Below, one piece after another: positions 24,008-32,000 of a stretch of DNA of 32,000 bases (position 1 is its first letter; every line of letters begins with the position of its first letter). The notes below the pieces were generated by a model. The model was not told the DNA's origin. It searched no databases and was given only the letters and a program-made list of their open reading frames with translations. This DNA is from Candidatus Saccharimonadota bacterium (GTDB taxonomy: Bacteria; Patescibacteriota; Saccharimonadia; Saccharimonadales; Saccharimonadaceae), in the NCBI GenBank assembly GCA_001897305.1, contig MKSO01000001.1:210001-242000 (forward strand). The letters are read 5' to 3'. A program made the translations under genes and the position numbers.

Positions 24008-24808
24008 ATGGAGTTTCTCAAATTTGTTCGTAAGAAGTCATTTCTCAGCGAACTCATCTATACAATTTTGAACATCGCCTTGGCAGTGGGTCTTCTTCTG
24101 ATTGTCCGTTATACCGAGGCGGTGTGGTTTGCTATTTTGTTAGTTTTGCTGAGTAAATGGCGTATTTTTGCGGTTCGACCGCGTTACTGGTGGGCAAACT
24201 TACGTTCAAATGTCGTCGACATTATTGTGAGTGTGAGTGTTGTGTTCCACATGTACACGATAAACGCCGCTTTAATAGCTGACAGCACCAAGTTGCTGCT
24301 CTTGATAGTCATGACGCTGCTTTATATCGGTTGGCTGCTCTATATAAAACCGCGCTCTAAGCGTTCGTATATGGCACTACAAGCTGGGATTGCTATCTTC
24401 TTGGGTGTATCAGCGCTGTTTACTATTTCGTTTAACTGGCCAGTTTCTATTGTGGTAGTGGGCGCGTGGCTCATTGGATATTCGGCGACACGGCATATTT
24501 TGGGTTCTTATGATGATGAAACCCACGGTTTATTACTGGGCTTAGTATGGGGTTTGGTCGTGGCCGAGATTACTTGGGTGGCCTACCACTGGGCAATTGC
24601 GTACCCGTTGCCAATTGTAAATACTCTCATGATTCCACAAGCCTCCATTACTGTGACTCTGGTAAGCTTCTTGGCGTACAAATGTTACGACTCGTTCTAT
24701 CACCATGCTAAAATTCGTACCAACGATATATTATTACCGCTGTTGTTTACGGTAAGTATTATGATTGTACTCGTCTTAGTGTTCAACCGAGTTGGCACCG
24801 CTATTTAA
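24008..24808 (+). CDS. Hypothetical polytopic membrane protein
   Basis: About 7-8 hydrophobic helices. Extended -10 TGgTACAAT (23989-97) lies inside the LCP 3' end, 10 nt before the ATG. Confidence 0.7.
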   Translation: MEFLKFVRKKSFLSELIYTILNIALAVGLLLIVRYTEAVWFAILLVLLSKWRIFAVRPRYWWANLRSNVVDIIVSVSVVFHMYTINAALIADSTKLLLLIVMTLLYIGWLLYIKPRSKRSYMALQAGIAIFLGVSALFTISFNWPVSIVVVGAWLIGYSATRHILGSYDDETHGLLLGLVWGLVVAEITWVAYHWAIAYPLPIVNTLMIPQASITVTLVSFLAYKCYDSFYHHAKIRTNDILLPLLFTVSIMIVLVLVFNRVGTAI

Positions 24809-24812
24809 AGCG

Positions 24813-24947
24813 GTAACCAAAGAAACTCCTCGCAGTATATTCAAAGAACACTTTCGCGTAACCCCTAAAAATAAGGCGTAGAGACCCTTATTTTTAGAGG
24901 CGTGAAGCAAGTTTCGTGAATATACTGCGAGGAGTTTCTTTGGTTAC
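24813..24947. repeat. Long rod-like hairpin element, copy 2
   Basis: Perfect 30-bp outer stem (24813-42/24918-47). Same three conserved blocks as copy 1 (24848-63, 24872-90, 24900-13), in the same order and on the same strand. Inner stem CCCCTAAAAATAAGG/CCTTATTTTTAGAGG with the same loop. Confidence 0.7.
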
Positions 24948-24956
24948 TTCAAATAA

Positions 24957-25823
24957 CTAGGCCAACTTGTCAAACAATAAGCCGTAGCCGTCATTTTTTA
25001 CCAAAACAAGGCCGTACTTTGTTGCTTCTTTTATAATTGCTGGATGCTGTTCGGGGTCGGCTTCAAGGATGAGTTTGCCGCCATACGCTAATTTTTCTTT
25101 GCTTTGAATAAGGAGCTCAAATATAAGAGATAGGCCATTATTGGTAGCGAAAAGAGCTTCGGCGGGTTCGTGGTTTGTTTCGGGTGAACGCTCCCATTCG
25201 GGGTTAACGTAGGGCAGGTTAGCGATAATAACGTCAGCTATAAAGGGGTAGCTGGTAAGTAAGTCGCTTTGGAGGGTGTTTACTTCGGCGTTGAGCGTAG
25301 CTGCATTGTCTTGGGCTACGGTAAGGGCGTGACGACTTATATCAAGCAAGGTGACGTCGAGTTCGGGGTGTTCAAGCTTAGCCGTAATACCAAGTATGCC
25401 GCTGCCCGTACCGACATCGACTACTTTTAGTGCTTCGGGTAAAAGGCTGTGATTGCGAGGGAGAGCCTCATTAAGCAGTGCTATTAAGCTTTCGGATTCG
25501 GGACGAGGAATAAGCGTCGCGGTGGTGACTTTAAACATTCGCCCGTAAAATTCCTTATGGCCAATAATGTAAGCCACTGGTACGCGGTCAAGGCGAAGGT
25601 CAAGTCGGGCATTGGCAATTTCGCGGTGCCGTTCGCTTAGCGTTTCATCACCATGACCATGCAGCCAGGTGCGAGGCTTGCGGAGAGTGTGGGCAAGTAA
25701 TAACTCGGCATCAAGGCGAGCACTGGGGATGTCGGCAAAGACAAGTTGACGGGTTGCTTCGGCGAGCCAGTCGGCAATGGTGAACGTATTAGCTGGCGTT
25801 TTGGGCGGCAAGTTCGCGTTCAT
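24957..25823 (-). CDS. prmC: Release-factor glutamine N5-methyltransferase PrmC/HemK
   Basis: SAM motif [11 protein letters not shown] and substrate motif NLPY (a variant of NPPY). Overlaps and follows prfA. Confidence 0.9.
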   Translation of the reverse strand: MNANLPPKTPANTFTIADWLAEATRQLVFADIPSARLDAELLLAHTLRKPRTWLHGHGDETLSERHREIANARLDLRLDRVPVAYIIGHKEFYGRMFKVTTATLIPRPESESLIALLNEALPRNHSLLPEALKVVDVGTGSGILGITAKLEHPELDVTLLDISRHALTVAQDNAATLNAEVNTLQSDLLTSYPFIADVIIANLPYVNPEWERSPETNHEPAEALFATNNGLSLIFELLIQSKEKLAYGGKLILEADPEQHPAIIKEATKYGLVLVKNDGYGLLFDKLA

Positions 25824-26856
25824 AAGCTTGCAAGTGCTCCACTAAGTCATCAATGCGCCCATCCATCGCTTGGGGAATACCAGAGCGGCTGTACCCAATA
25901 CGGTGGTCGGTAATGCGGTCTTGAGGGAAATTATAGGTACGAATCTTTTCGCTACGATCACCAGACCCAATGAGGCTGCGGCGTTCGGCGGTTAATTTAG
26001 CATTTTCTTCGTCAATTTTTTGCTGAAGCAGGCGTGAACGTAAGACGCTCATGGCCTTTTCTTTATTTTTTAGCTGAGACTTTTCGTCTTGGTTGGTTAC
26101 AACTAAGCCACTGGGTAGGTGAGTAATGCGCACGGCTGAATCGGTGGTGTTCACGGACTGTCCGCCGTGGCCCGAGGCGCGGTAGATGTCGATACGAAGA
26201 TCGGCTGGGTTAATTTCAATGTCGGTCTCTTCGGCTTCGGGAAGGACTGCAACAGTAACAGTGCTAGTGTGAATGCGACCTTGGCTCTCGGTAGCGGGGA
26301 CGCGTTGAACGCGGTGAACGCCAGACTCAAACTTTAATTGTGAATACGGCGCATCGCCTTTTACGCCAAATACGACTTCTTTATAGCCACCAGTGTCGTT
26401 GGCGCTTTCCGAAATAAGCTCTGTTTTAAGGTTGTGAGCCTCGCAGTAGCGCAGATACATGCGGTAAAGTTCGGCCGCAAATAGGCTTGCTTCGTCTCCA
26501 CCGGCACCGGCGCGAATTTCGACAATAACGTTTTTATCATCGTTAGGGTCTTTCGGCGCTAGCATGGTGAAGAGCTCGGCTTCAAGGGTCTCGAGCTGGT
26601 CTTCCGTTTCGCTAACTTCAAGTTTTGCCAGCTCGGCCAGCTCATCGCTGCCTTGGGCTAATTCTTTAGCTTCAATAAGTTGAGCTTCAAGTGTTTCGCG
26701 AAGTGTCGCCTTTTCGAGAATGTTAGTGAGCTCAAGGAGGCGTTTGTTCTTTTTAGAAAAATCTGGGTCACTATAGGCATTGGGCTGCGACAAAAAAGCA
26801 TCGAGATCTTTCTTCTCGGCCATCAGTTCTTCAATGTTCAGTTCGATGCGCGGCAT
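25789..26856 (-). CDS. prfA: Peptide chain release factor 1
   Basis: PAT tripeptide ([10 protein letters not shown]) and GGQ (SGHGGQSVN). Confidence 0.97.
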   Translation of the reverse strand: MPRIELNIEELMAEKKDLDAFLSQPNAYSDPDFSKKNKRLLELTNILEKATLRETLEAQLIEAKELAQGSDELAELAKLEVSETEDQLETLEAELFTMLAPKDPNDDKNVIVEIRAGAGGDEASLFAAELYRMYLRYCEAHNLKTELISESANDTGGYKEVVFGVKGDAPYSQLKFESGVHRVQRVPATESQGRIHTSTVTVAVLPEAEETDIEINPADLRIDIYRASGHGGQSVNTTDSAVRITHLPSGLVVTNQDEKSQLKNKEKAMSVLRSRLLQQKIDEENAKLTAERRSLIGSGDRSEKIRTYNFPQDRITDHRIGYSRSGIPQAMDGRIDDLVEHLQAYERELAAQNAS

Positions 26857-26909
26857 TACTAGGGTTAATTATACCACATCACCCCTGTTTTTTTGTGTAT
26901 AATAGAGCT

Positions 26910-27311
26910 ATGAAGGTGCTTATGATACGAATTGCCAGTCCTTTTTTGTGGGTGTATCACAAAACACATTGGTTTACGGATCGTGAAGCCTGGGGTATTT
27001 TCCGTTTCTTCGCCATTTTAGAGGCTGTCGGGTGGTCTTTGCTGATTATTGCTATTATGTATCGACGAATGGGGTTGCCCGAAGCGGCATCGGTTGTCTC
27101 GTTTGCTGGGCATGTCCACGGCATTGGGTTTGGTCTGTATTTTTTGTTCACTATTCTTGTTGCGCGCAGTATGGAGTGGGGTGTCGGGCGTATCGCTGCT
27201 GCTATTATTGCCGGTATGCCACCGTACGGTTCAATTCTTTTTGAGCGAATTATGGCTATACATAGAAAAAAGCAGCCAGCTTATGTCGAGCCGCCAAAAG
27301 ATATCGAATAG
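26910..27311 (+). CDS. DUF3817-like integral membrane protein
   Basis: FRFFAILEAVGWSLLIIAIM...GHVHGIGFGLYF...MPPYGSILFER. TATAAT at 26898-903 is 6 nt upstream of the ATG, so the GTG at 26895 in the track sits inside the promoter. Confidence 0.7.
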   Translation: MKVLMIRIASPFLWVYHKTHWFTDREAWGIFRFFAILEAVGWSLLIIAIMYRRMGLPEAASVVSFAGHVHGIGFGLYFLFTILVARSMEWGVGRIAAAIIAGMPPYGSILFERIMAIHRKKQPAYVEPPKDIE

Positions 27312-27563
27312 CTATTTTTTCTTTTTGCGAAACCCTAATACCGCTGGGGTAAAAACAACCCACGCCAGGGACACGAGTGCGACGAAGCCAAAAAGTATGC
27401 CGTAGATAAGAGCGAACTTACTCCCGTCAATAACCTTGCTTAAGAGGTATCCATCAAGCGCAATTAAGGCGAAGCCTGCTGCAAGCCAACGAAAACGGGC
27501 ATAAGCCGGGGGCTTAACAAACTGTTTTTGTGGTTGGTCTGTTGTGCTAGGCGGAGTACTCAT
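27312..27563 (-). CDS. Hypothetical small two-TM membrane protein
   Basis: 83 aa with two hydrophobic segments. Abuts the DUF3817 gene stop-to-stop with no gap. Confidence 0.45.
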   Translation of the reverse strand: MSTPPSTTDQPQKQFVKPPAYARFRWLAAGFALIALDGYLLSKVIDGSKFALIYGILFGFVALVSLAWVVFTPAVLGFRKKKK

Positions 27564-27585
27564 ATGATATGTGTAACTTGTAACT

Positions 27586-27614
27586 AAAAAGCCTCTTTTA
27601 GTAAGAGGCTTTTT
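27586..27614 (-). terminator. Intrinsic terminator downstream of rpmE
   Basis: 12-bp stem AAAAAGCCTCTT/AAGAGGCTTTTT with a 5-nt loop, flanked by A and T runs. Confidence 0.75.
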
Positions 27615-27619
27615 ATAGG

Positions 27620-27940
27620 TTACTTGTCGGCTTTCTTTGCCTTGTTAGCGGCAACTTTTTTGGCCTTGTTAGTAAGTTCGGCCTTGCGAGCTTCGGCGGC
27701 TGCGGCACGGTTCTTGAAGCGATCAACGCGACCTTCGGTGTCGATGATCTTTTCTTCACCAGTAAAGAACGGGTGAGAAGCACTTGAAATGTGCACTTTT
27801 ACGAGTGGGTAGGTGTTGCCATCTTCCCATACAATAGTATCGTTGGTTTGTGCGGTTGACTGGGTCAGAAACGCAAAACCGGCGACGTCATCGCTAAATA
27901 CGACGGGTCGGTAGTCGGTTGGGTGTAGGTTGCTTTTCAT
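27620..27940 (-). CDS. rpmE: 50S ribosomal protein L31, type B (no Zn-binding Cys), with a Lys/Ala-rich C-terminal tail
   Basis: [15 protein letters not shown]...[41 protein letters not shown] at 27940 is preferred over the ORF-track start at 28024. Confidence 0.9.
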   Translation of the reverse strand: MKSNLHPTDYRPVVFSDDVAGFAFLTQSTAQTNDTIVWEDGNTYPLVKVHISSASHPFFTGEEKIIDTEGRVDRFKNRAAAAEARKAELTNKAKKVAANKAKKADK

Positions 27941-27950
27941 AATCTGAGCT

Positions 27951-27979
27951 ATTGTATCTGAAAATACTTGATTTGTCAA
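27951..27979 (-). promoter_or_regulatory. Consensus promoter of rpmE (TTGACA-17-TACAAT)
   Basis: On the minus strand: TTGACA (complement of 27974-79), 17-nt spacer, TACAAT (complement of 27951-56). The ATG is 10 nt downstream. Confidence 0.65.
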
Positions 27980-28033
27980 AGGAGTAGGTATTCTTTGTAC
28001 AGACCGAGCGTCTGTCCTGTACAATAGGGGTAG

Positions 28034-28900
28034 ATGCCAATCCGAAAACGACCATCATCGAACTCGAATGGCTCCAGTACCCTCTGGACGATTTGGCGAG
28101 TGAGTATGATCTTGCTGGGAAGTGCTTTGGCGGCGGTGGGATTGCAATTCTTTTTGTTACCAAACCATTTATTGGACGGGGGAGTAACGGGCGTATCTAT
28201 ATTGGGCGCTTATGTATTTAACGTGCCGTTTGCGGTACTACTGGTCCTATTTAATATACCGTTTGTCTACTTGGGCTACCGAAAGTTCGGTAAACTTTTT
28301 GCGCTGTATTCCTCGATTGGTATTTTAACTTTGGCCGCTTTAACGTTTAACCATGTTGAAGTTGGTTTTACGCATGAGCCAATTTTGGCGGCGATATTCG
28401 GTGGTATTTTTGTAGGGATTGGAGCGGGTCTGGTGATTCGCTATGGCGGCACAATTGACGGGACGGATACGGTTGCTATTCTGATAGACCGCGTAACAAT
28501 CTTCTCAGTGGGCGAGGCAATCATGGTGATTAACGGTATCATTATTGCGTTAGCGGGCTTTGTGTTCGGCTGGGAGAATGCCCTGTATTCTTTGGTGGCC
28601 TACTTTGTGGCCCATAAGGCGATTGATGTAACGGTAGAAGGGCTGAATGAGTCGCGTAGTGTCTGGGTTGTAAGCCACCATGTACGTGAAATTGGTGCCA
28701 TTATTAACGCTGTGGTTGACGAACCGGTGACCTATGTAAAAGAGGCTAACCCTAAAGATCCTGAGCCGCACGGTGTGATGCTGGCGGTTATTACTCGCTT
28801 CGAAGAGGCTAAAATTAAGGCCGCTATTTATGCCATAGATAAAAAGGCCTTCGTCGTTATATCAAATGCCCATGAGGTTATTGGCAAAGAAACCTTTTAA
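28034..28900 (+). CDS. YitT-family membrane protein (DUF2179 C-terminal domain)
   Basis: [22 protein letters not shown] and [13 protein letters not shown] repeats, plus a soluble C-terminal domain. TACAAT at 28020-25 is 8 nt before the ATG. Confidence 0.85.
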   Translation: MPIRKRPSSNSNGSSTLWTIWRVSMILLGSALAAVGLQFFLLPNHLLDGGVTGVSILGAYVFNVPFAVLLVLFNIPFVYLGYRKFGKLFALYSSIGILTLAALTFNHVEVGFTHEPILAAIFGGIFVGIGAGLVIRYGGTIDGTDTVAILIDRVTIFSVGEAIMVINGIIIALAGFVFGWENALYSLVAYFVAHKAIDVTVEGLNESRSVWVVSHHVREIGAIINAVVDEPVTYVKEANPKDPEPHGVMLAVITRFEEAKIKAAIYAIDKKAFVVISNAHEVIGKETF

Positions 28901-29934
28901 GAAGCCTGTTGCTTTTTATAGCGAAAGCTTGCAAATAACGCCGTTAAAATAAAGGCCAAGCCAATGCCACCGGTGATAAATTCATTTATATGAATGGTAA
29001 TACTTGTAAGCAGCAGCACCGCCAAGGCGCCAATTGCCCAGTGGGCACCGTGTTCTAAGTAGACTAATGTCTCGAGGGTTCGCTGACGAACCATATATAC
29101 GGTCAGCGAACGTACAAAGATAGCGCCAATCAACCCAAGGCCGAGAGCGATAATGATGGGGTCGGGGGTAATGGCGAATGCTCCAATTGCACCGTCAAAC
29201 GAGAGTGTAGCATCGAGCACTTCAAGGTACAGAAAGAGGAAGAACCCAGCCTTGCCTACGGCAACGCCTTTAGCGTGACTTGCTTTGCGTTCGCCATATT
29301 TTTTAAAGGCTTCACCCAAGCCGTGAACCACAAAGAACACGAGGAGTCCTATAAGCCCAGCTATAATCACCTCAAAACGCAGGTCGCCACTTAAAGGAAG
29401 CGCAGCAAGAATAAGCCCGACAACAGCCGTGGCTGGTGCGATAAGGGGGATACTTCCAATGCGCGCAAGGGGCTTTTCGATCCAACTAAGCCAGGTGATG
29501 GTGCGCTTTTCGAAAATGAAGTTAAGAAATAGAAGTAATAGGAACATACCTCCAAAAGCAGCCACGATGGGGTGTACTGAGGCGAATATATACGCATAAC
29601 TACCCGGCTCGTGTGGATCGCCTTTTTGAAGTGCTAGCTGGAAAGCTTCGATCGGGTTGATGCTGGCGGCGATACTGACAATTAAAACCGGGAACACGAG
29701 CCGCATACCAAATACGGCAATGAGGATTCCAATAGTAAGGAAGATATTCTGCCAAAAAGGACTCATCTTTCGCAGGATGGTTGCATTGAGAACAGCGTTA
29801 TCAAAGGAAAGTGATACTTCTAGTACACCAAGAATAATACACAACAAGAGAGCGGGCCAGCCGCCGTATAAAAAGGCGAGTACTAACGCAACAGCAGTAA
29901 TAGCAAATGACCAGCGGAAGGTTTTCCAAAACAT
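28897..29934 (-). CDS. TerC/DUF475-family integral membrane protein
   Basis: Duplicated motif LEVSLSFDNAV / LEVLDATLSFDGAI. Polytopic. Extended -10 TGaTACAAT (complement of 29942-50) is 7 nt upstream of the ATG. Confidence 0.8.
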   Translation of the reverse strand: MFWKTFRWSFAITAVALVLAFLYGGWPALLLCIILGVLEVSLSFDNAVLNATILRKMSPFWQNIFLTIGILIAVFGMRLVFPVLIVSIAASINPIEAFQLALQKGDPHEPGSYAYIFASVHPIVAAFGGMFLLLLFLNFIFEKRTITWLSWIEKPLARIGSIPLIAPATAVVGLILAALPLSGDLRFEVIIAGLIGLLVFFVVHGLGEAFKKYGERKASHAKGVAVGKAGFFLFLYLEVLDATLSFDGAIGAFAITPDPIIIALGLGLIGAIFVRSLTVYMVRQRTLETLVYLEHGAHWAIGALAVLLLTSITIHINEFITGGIGLAFILTALFASFRYKKQQAS

Positions 29935-30065
29935 ATGCTTTATTGTATCATTTCGAATGGCGATATAGCTACGCCCGCTCGTATTGACTTAGCCATACCT
30001 GTATTTGATACACTCGCAGCCGTCTCCGTAATACGCAGTTGTAACTAGACGGCCTTTAGTAAAAA

Positions 30066-30074
30066 TGCTATAAT
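30066..30074 (+). promoter_or_regulatory. Extended -10 promoter element of the rpsB-tsf operon (TGcTATAAT)
   Basis: TGCTATAAT at 30066-74, about 85 nt upstream of the ATG. AAGGAG SD at 30151-56. Confidence 0.55.
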
Positions 30075-30163
30075 AAGAGTGTAACGAGTTTTAATGAAAC
30101 ACCCATCCGCAAGTTACTCCTGAAGTTTCAGGTGCGCGTGGGGAAGTAAAAAGGAGTAATATC

Positions 30164-30880
30164 ATGGCCATAGAGGTTGATATTAAACAGCTGCTCGAAG
30201 CTGGTGTTCACTTTGGACATAAAACGAGCCGTTGGCACCCAAAGATGGCGCCATACATTCACAGCAAACGTCAGGACAGCCACATTATTGACCTGACAAA
30301 AACAGTTGAAGCCCTCGACAAGGCATTGCCTTTCTTGACTGCAACTGCTGCTGCAGGTAAGCCAATTCTTTTCGTGGCTACTAAAAAGCAAACTAAAGAT
30401 TTGGTTCGTAAAACAGCCGAAAGCCTTGGTCAGCCATACGTAACCGAGCGTTGGCTTGGTGGCATGCTCACTAACGTGAACACAATTACTACTCAAATCA
30501 AGAAGCTGAAAGACCTCGAACGCAACATGGCGTCAGGTGCTTTTGAAAAGAAGTACAACAAGCTTGAAATCCAGCGTTTCCAAGAGGAAATCGACGAGCT
30601 CAACAAGAAGTACTCTGGTGTAAAAGACCTTTCTGGCAAGCCAGGCGCAGTATTTATCATAGATGTACTCGGTGATGTAAACGCGATTAACGAAGCCAAG
30701 ACCCTCGGTGTTCCAGTGGTTGCTTTGGCTGACACCAACGTTGACCCAAGCCGTATCGACTATGTTATCCCTGGTAACGACGACGCGATTAAGGGTGTAT
30801 CACTTATTCTTGACTACGTAGCGCAAGCTATCGAAGCTGGTAAAGGTGTAAGCAAAAAGGACAAAGAAGGGGAGGCGTAA
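30164..30880 (+). CDS. rpsB: 30S ribosomal protein S2
   Basis: LLEAGVHFGHKTSRWHPKMAPYI and ERWLGGMLTN. Confidence 0.97.
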   Translation: MAIEVDIKQLLEAGVHFGHKTSRWHPKMAPYIHSKRQDSHIIDLTKTVEALDKALPFLTATAAAGKPILFVATKKQTKDLVRKTAESLGQPYVTERWLGGMLTNVNTITTQIKKLKDLERNMASGAFEKKYNKLEIQRFQEEIDELNKKYSGVKDLSGKPGAVFIIDVLGDVNAINEAKTLGVPVVALADTNVDPSRIDYVIPGNDDAIKGVSLILDYVAQAIEAGKGVSKKDKEGEA

Positions 30881-30885
30881 TAACC

Positions 30886-31482
30886 ATGGCAGTATCAATC
30901 GACGACATTAAAAAGCTAAAAGAACTTACCGGTGTTGGTTTGACTGACGCTAAAACAGCCCTTGTTGAGGCTGATGGTGACTTCGACAAAGCCCTTGAAG
31001 CTATGCGCAAAAAAGGCCTCACCAAAGCTGAAAAGAAAGCTGACCGTGAAGCTCTTGAAGGTGTGATCGACAGCTACGTACACGGTGGCCGCATCGGCGT
31101 ATTAGTAGAAGTAAACTGTGAAACTGACTTTGTTGCTCGTACTGACAACTTCAAAGAGTTTGCTCACATGATTGCTTTGCAGGTTGCTTCAATGAGCCCA
31201 ATCTATGTGTCTGAAGCCGACATTCCAGCCGAAGAACTTGAGCGTGTTCGCCAGGAAGCACTTGCCAGCGACGCCTTAAAGGGTAAGCCAGCTGACATTG
31301 CCGACAAAATCGTTGAAGGCCAGGTTAAAAAGCACTTTGCCGACAAAGTCCTTTTGAACCAAAGCTACATCATGGACGATTCTAAAACAGTGGCTGATTT
31401 CTTGAAAGAAACCATTGCGAAGACTGGTGAAAACGTTGTTGTTCGTCGTTTCAAGCGTATCGAACTTGGCGTTAACGACTAG
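30886..31482 (+). CDS. tsf: Elongation factor Ts (short form)
   Basis: IKKLKELTGVGLTDAKTALVEADGDFDKALEAMRKKG and VEVNCETDFVART. Conserved rpsB-tsf pair. Confidence 0.97.
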   Translation: MAVSIDDIKKLKELTGVGLTDAKTALVEADGDFDKALEAMRKKGLTKAEKKADREALEGVIDSYVHGGRIGVLVEVNCETDFVARTDNFKEFAHMIALQVASMSPIYVSEADIPAEELERVRQEALASDALKGKPADIADKIVEGQVKKHFADKVLLNQSYIMDDSKTVADFLKETIAKTGENVVVRRFKRIELGVND

Positions 31483-31498
31483 GTAGGTATCGATAGTA

Positions 31499-31535
31499 AA
31501 AAATAGACTCCAACCGGGGTCTATTTTTCTTTTTG
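31499..31535. terminator. Bidirectional intrinsic terminator after tsf
   Basis: 13-bp stem AAAAATAGACTCC/GGGGTCTATTTTT (one G-U pair), loop AACC, followed by a T-rich tract. It contains the stop codon of the convergent ORF. Confidence 0.75.
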
Positions 31536-32000
31536 CTGATTGGCCAAGGTGTGCATCGTGCGAGAGGTGAGGCGGCCAATAGTGTTTTCTTCGACGTAGC
31601 CGAAGTCGGCCGTAATGGCGATGGCAGGCGTAAAGGTGCGATCATATTGGTGTGCAATAGCCTCAATACCTTCGTGTAGTCGTTGCATAAATGCCCGGGT
31701 GTAGTGCTGTTTGAACGTGGCAAACGATTGCGGAAGATAAGGACTGAAGTATTCAGGTAGGGGAAGTACAATATAGGCACCGTCACCCTGGTCATCATAG
31801 GCTTCATGTATACCAGCCTGTAGCCGCTTATGATATGAGGTGTACGTGTAGGTTAATTCGCGAAGAAACGCATGGACTTGTCCGACAAAAGCATCGTAGA
31901 CGCCGCCCAGGTCGCTATGTACAAAGTGAGTTGAATTCTTGATGTCCCAACGAATAACAAAGGCATTAGGGGCGATTGGTTGCTCGAGTTCAAGTCCGGT
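31521..32000 (-). CDS. Hypothetical protein, C-terminal 159 aa (5' end outside the window); not in the ORF track
   Basis: The minus-strand frame is open for 160 codons from the window edge (TGLELEQPIAPNAFVIRWDIKNSTHFVH...HTLANQQKEK*) with stop TAG (complement of 31521-23). The track's 31472-31807 ORF is in another frame and reads as low-complexity. Confidence 0.55.
   Translation of the reverse strand, partial: TGLELEQPIAPNAFVIRWDIKNSTHFVHSDLGGVYDAFVGQVHAFLRELTYTYTSYHKRLQAGIHEAYDDQGDGAYIVLPLPEYFSPYLPQSFATFKQHYTRAFMQRLHEGIEAIAHQYDRTFTPAIAITADFGYVEENTIGRLTSRTMHTLANQQKEK

Noticed and set aside
29935-30060. Mn2+ (yybP-ykoY) riboswitch upstream of the TerC-family gene
   Set aside because: A strong extended -10 (TGaTACAAT) lies only 7 nt upstream of the ATG, which leaves no room for a leader. 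The 7-bp hairpin at 30019-30053 lies upstream of that promoter and overlaps the weak -35-like TAGACG box (30046-30051) upstream of the rpsB extended -10.
30128-30496. Antisense or shadow ORFs inside well-supported genes (for example 30128-30496, 20605-20922, 10537-10857, 13504-13839, 6385-6585, 23013-23300)
   Set aside because: They lie opposite or out of frame to strongly conserved genes (rpsB, parB, ileS, ftsZ, LCP). Their compositions are low-complexity, and they have no SD or promoter.
31472-31807. 111-aa minus-strand ORF from the track
   Set aside because: It is out of frame with a longer frame that stays open to the window edge. Its product is Pro/Ser/Leu/Arg-rich and unlike a real protein. 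It also begins inside, and runs antisense through, the terminator and the tsf 3' end.
1-32000. Search for CRISPR arrays, rRNA or tRNA genes, transposases, integrases and phage genes
   Set aside because: I saw no regularly spaced direct repeats and no tRNA-like cloverleaf candidates in the intergenic regions (9775-10094, 13669-13757, 14061-14137, 15167-15319, 18340-18423, 19639-19750, 29935-30163). No ORF has recombinase or transposase motifs.
1-32000. Alternative genetic code (UGA recoding, as in some CPR lineages)
   Set aside because: Conserved genes end at TGA (for example recJ at 1129-1131 and parA at 20549-20551), and no conserved protein requires read-through of TGA. Code 11 fits.

Overview
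This is a compact chromosomal window made mostly of housekeeping genes. The organism looks like a small-genome, monoderm-type bacterium. Pilin-rich gene content, an LCP enzyme, VKOR, a type-2 IleRS, a short EF-Ts and many overlapping genes suggest a Patescibacteria/CPR, Saccharibacteria-like lineage, but that is inference only. The genetic code is standard: TGA is used as a stop (recJ 1129-1131; 13758-13760).

Gene order: recJ (5'-truncated), pilin-CBM fusion, rpsU, yqeY-like, adk, map, membrane protein, ftsA, ftsZ, nrdR, Trx-fold-like gene, VKOR, hydrolase-like gene, T-box leader, cupin ORF, ileS. A small accessory islet follows (two orphan genes on the minus strand, an AT-rich divergent region, a hyper-acidic miniprotein). 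Then come a zincin peptidase, a 652-aa modular pilin, rplU, an EEP-family gene, parA, parB, lepB, LCP, a membrane protein, prmC, prfA, DUF3817, rpmE, yitT-like, terC/DUF475-like, rpsB, tsf and a 5'-truncated minus-strand ORF that is missing from the ORF track.

The most unusual signals are:
1. Two ~135-153 nt rod-like hairpin elements fill two convergent-gene junctions (21438-21590 and 24813-24947). They share three identical sequence blocks, while both of their stems differ in sequence yet stay complementary. That pattern fits a structured RNA or a palindromic mobile element I cannot assign to a known family.
2. A T-box-type leader with a textbook antiterminator bulge lies upstream of a cupin ORF that overlaps ileS.
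3. A compositionally aberrant two-gene cassette at 13.7-15.2 kb may encode a PD-(D/E)xK nuclease.
4. Many genes have a -10 hexamer only 6-13 nt upstream of the ATG, so their mRNAs would have almost no 5' UTR.

I recognised no rRNA, tRNA, CRISPR array, transposase or integrase.
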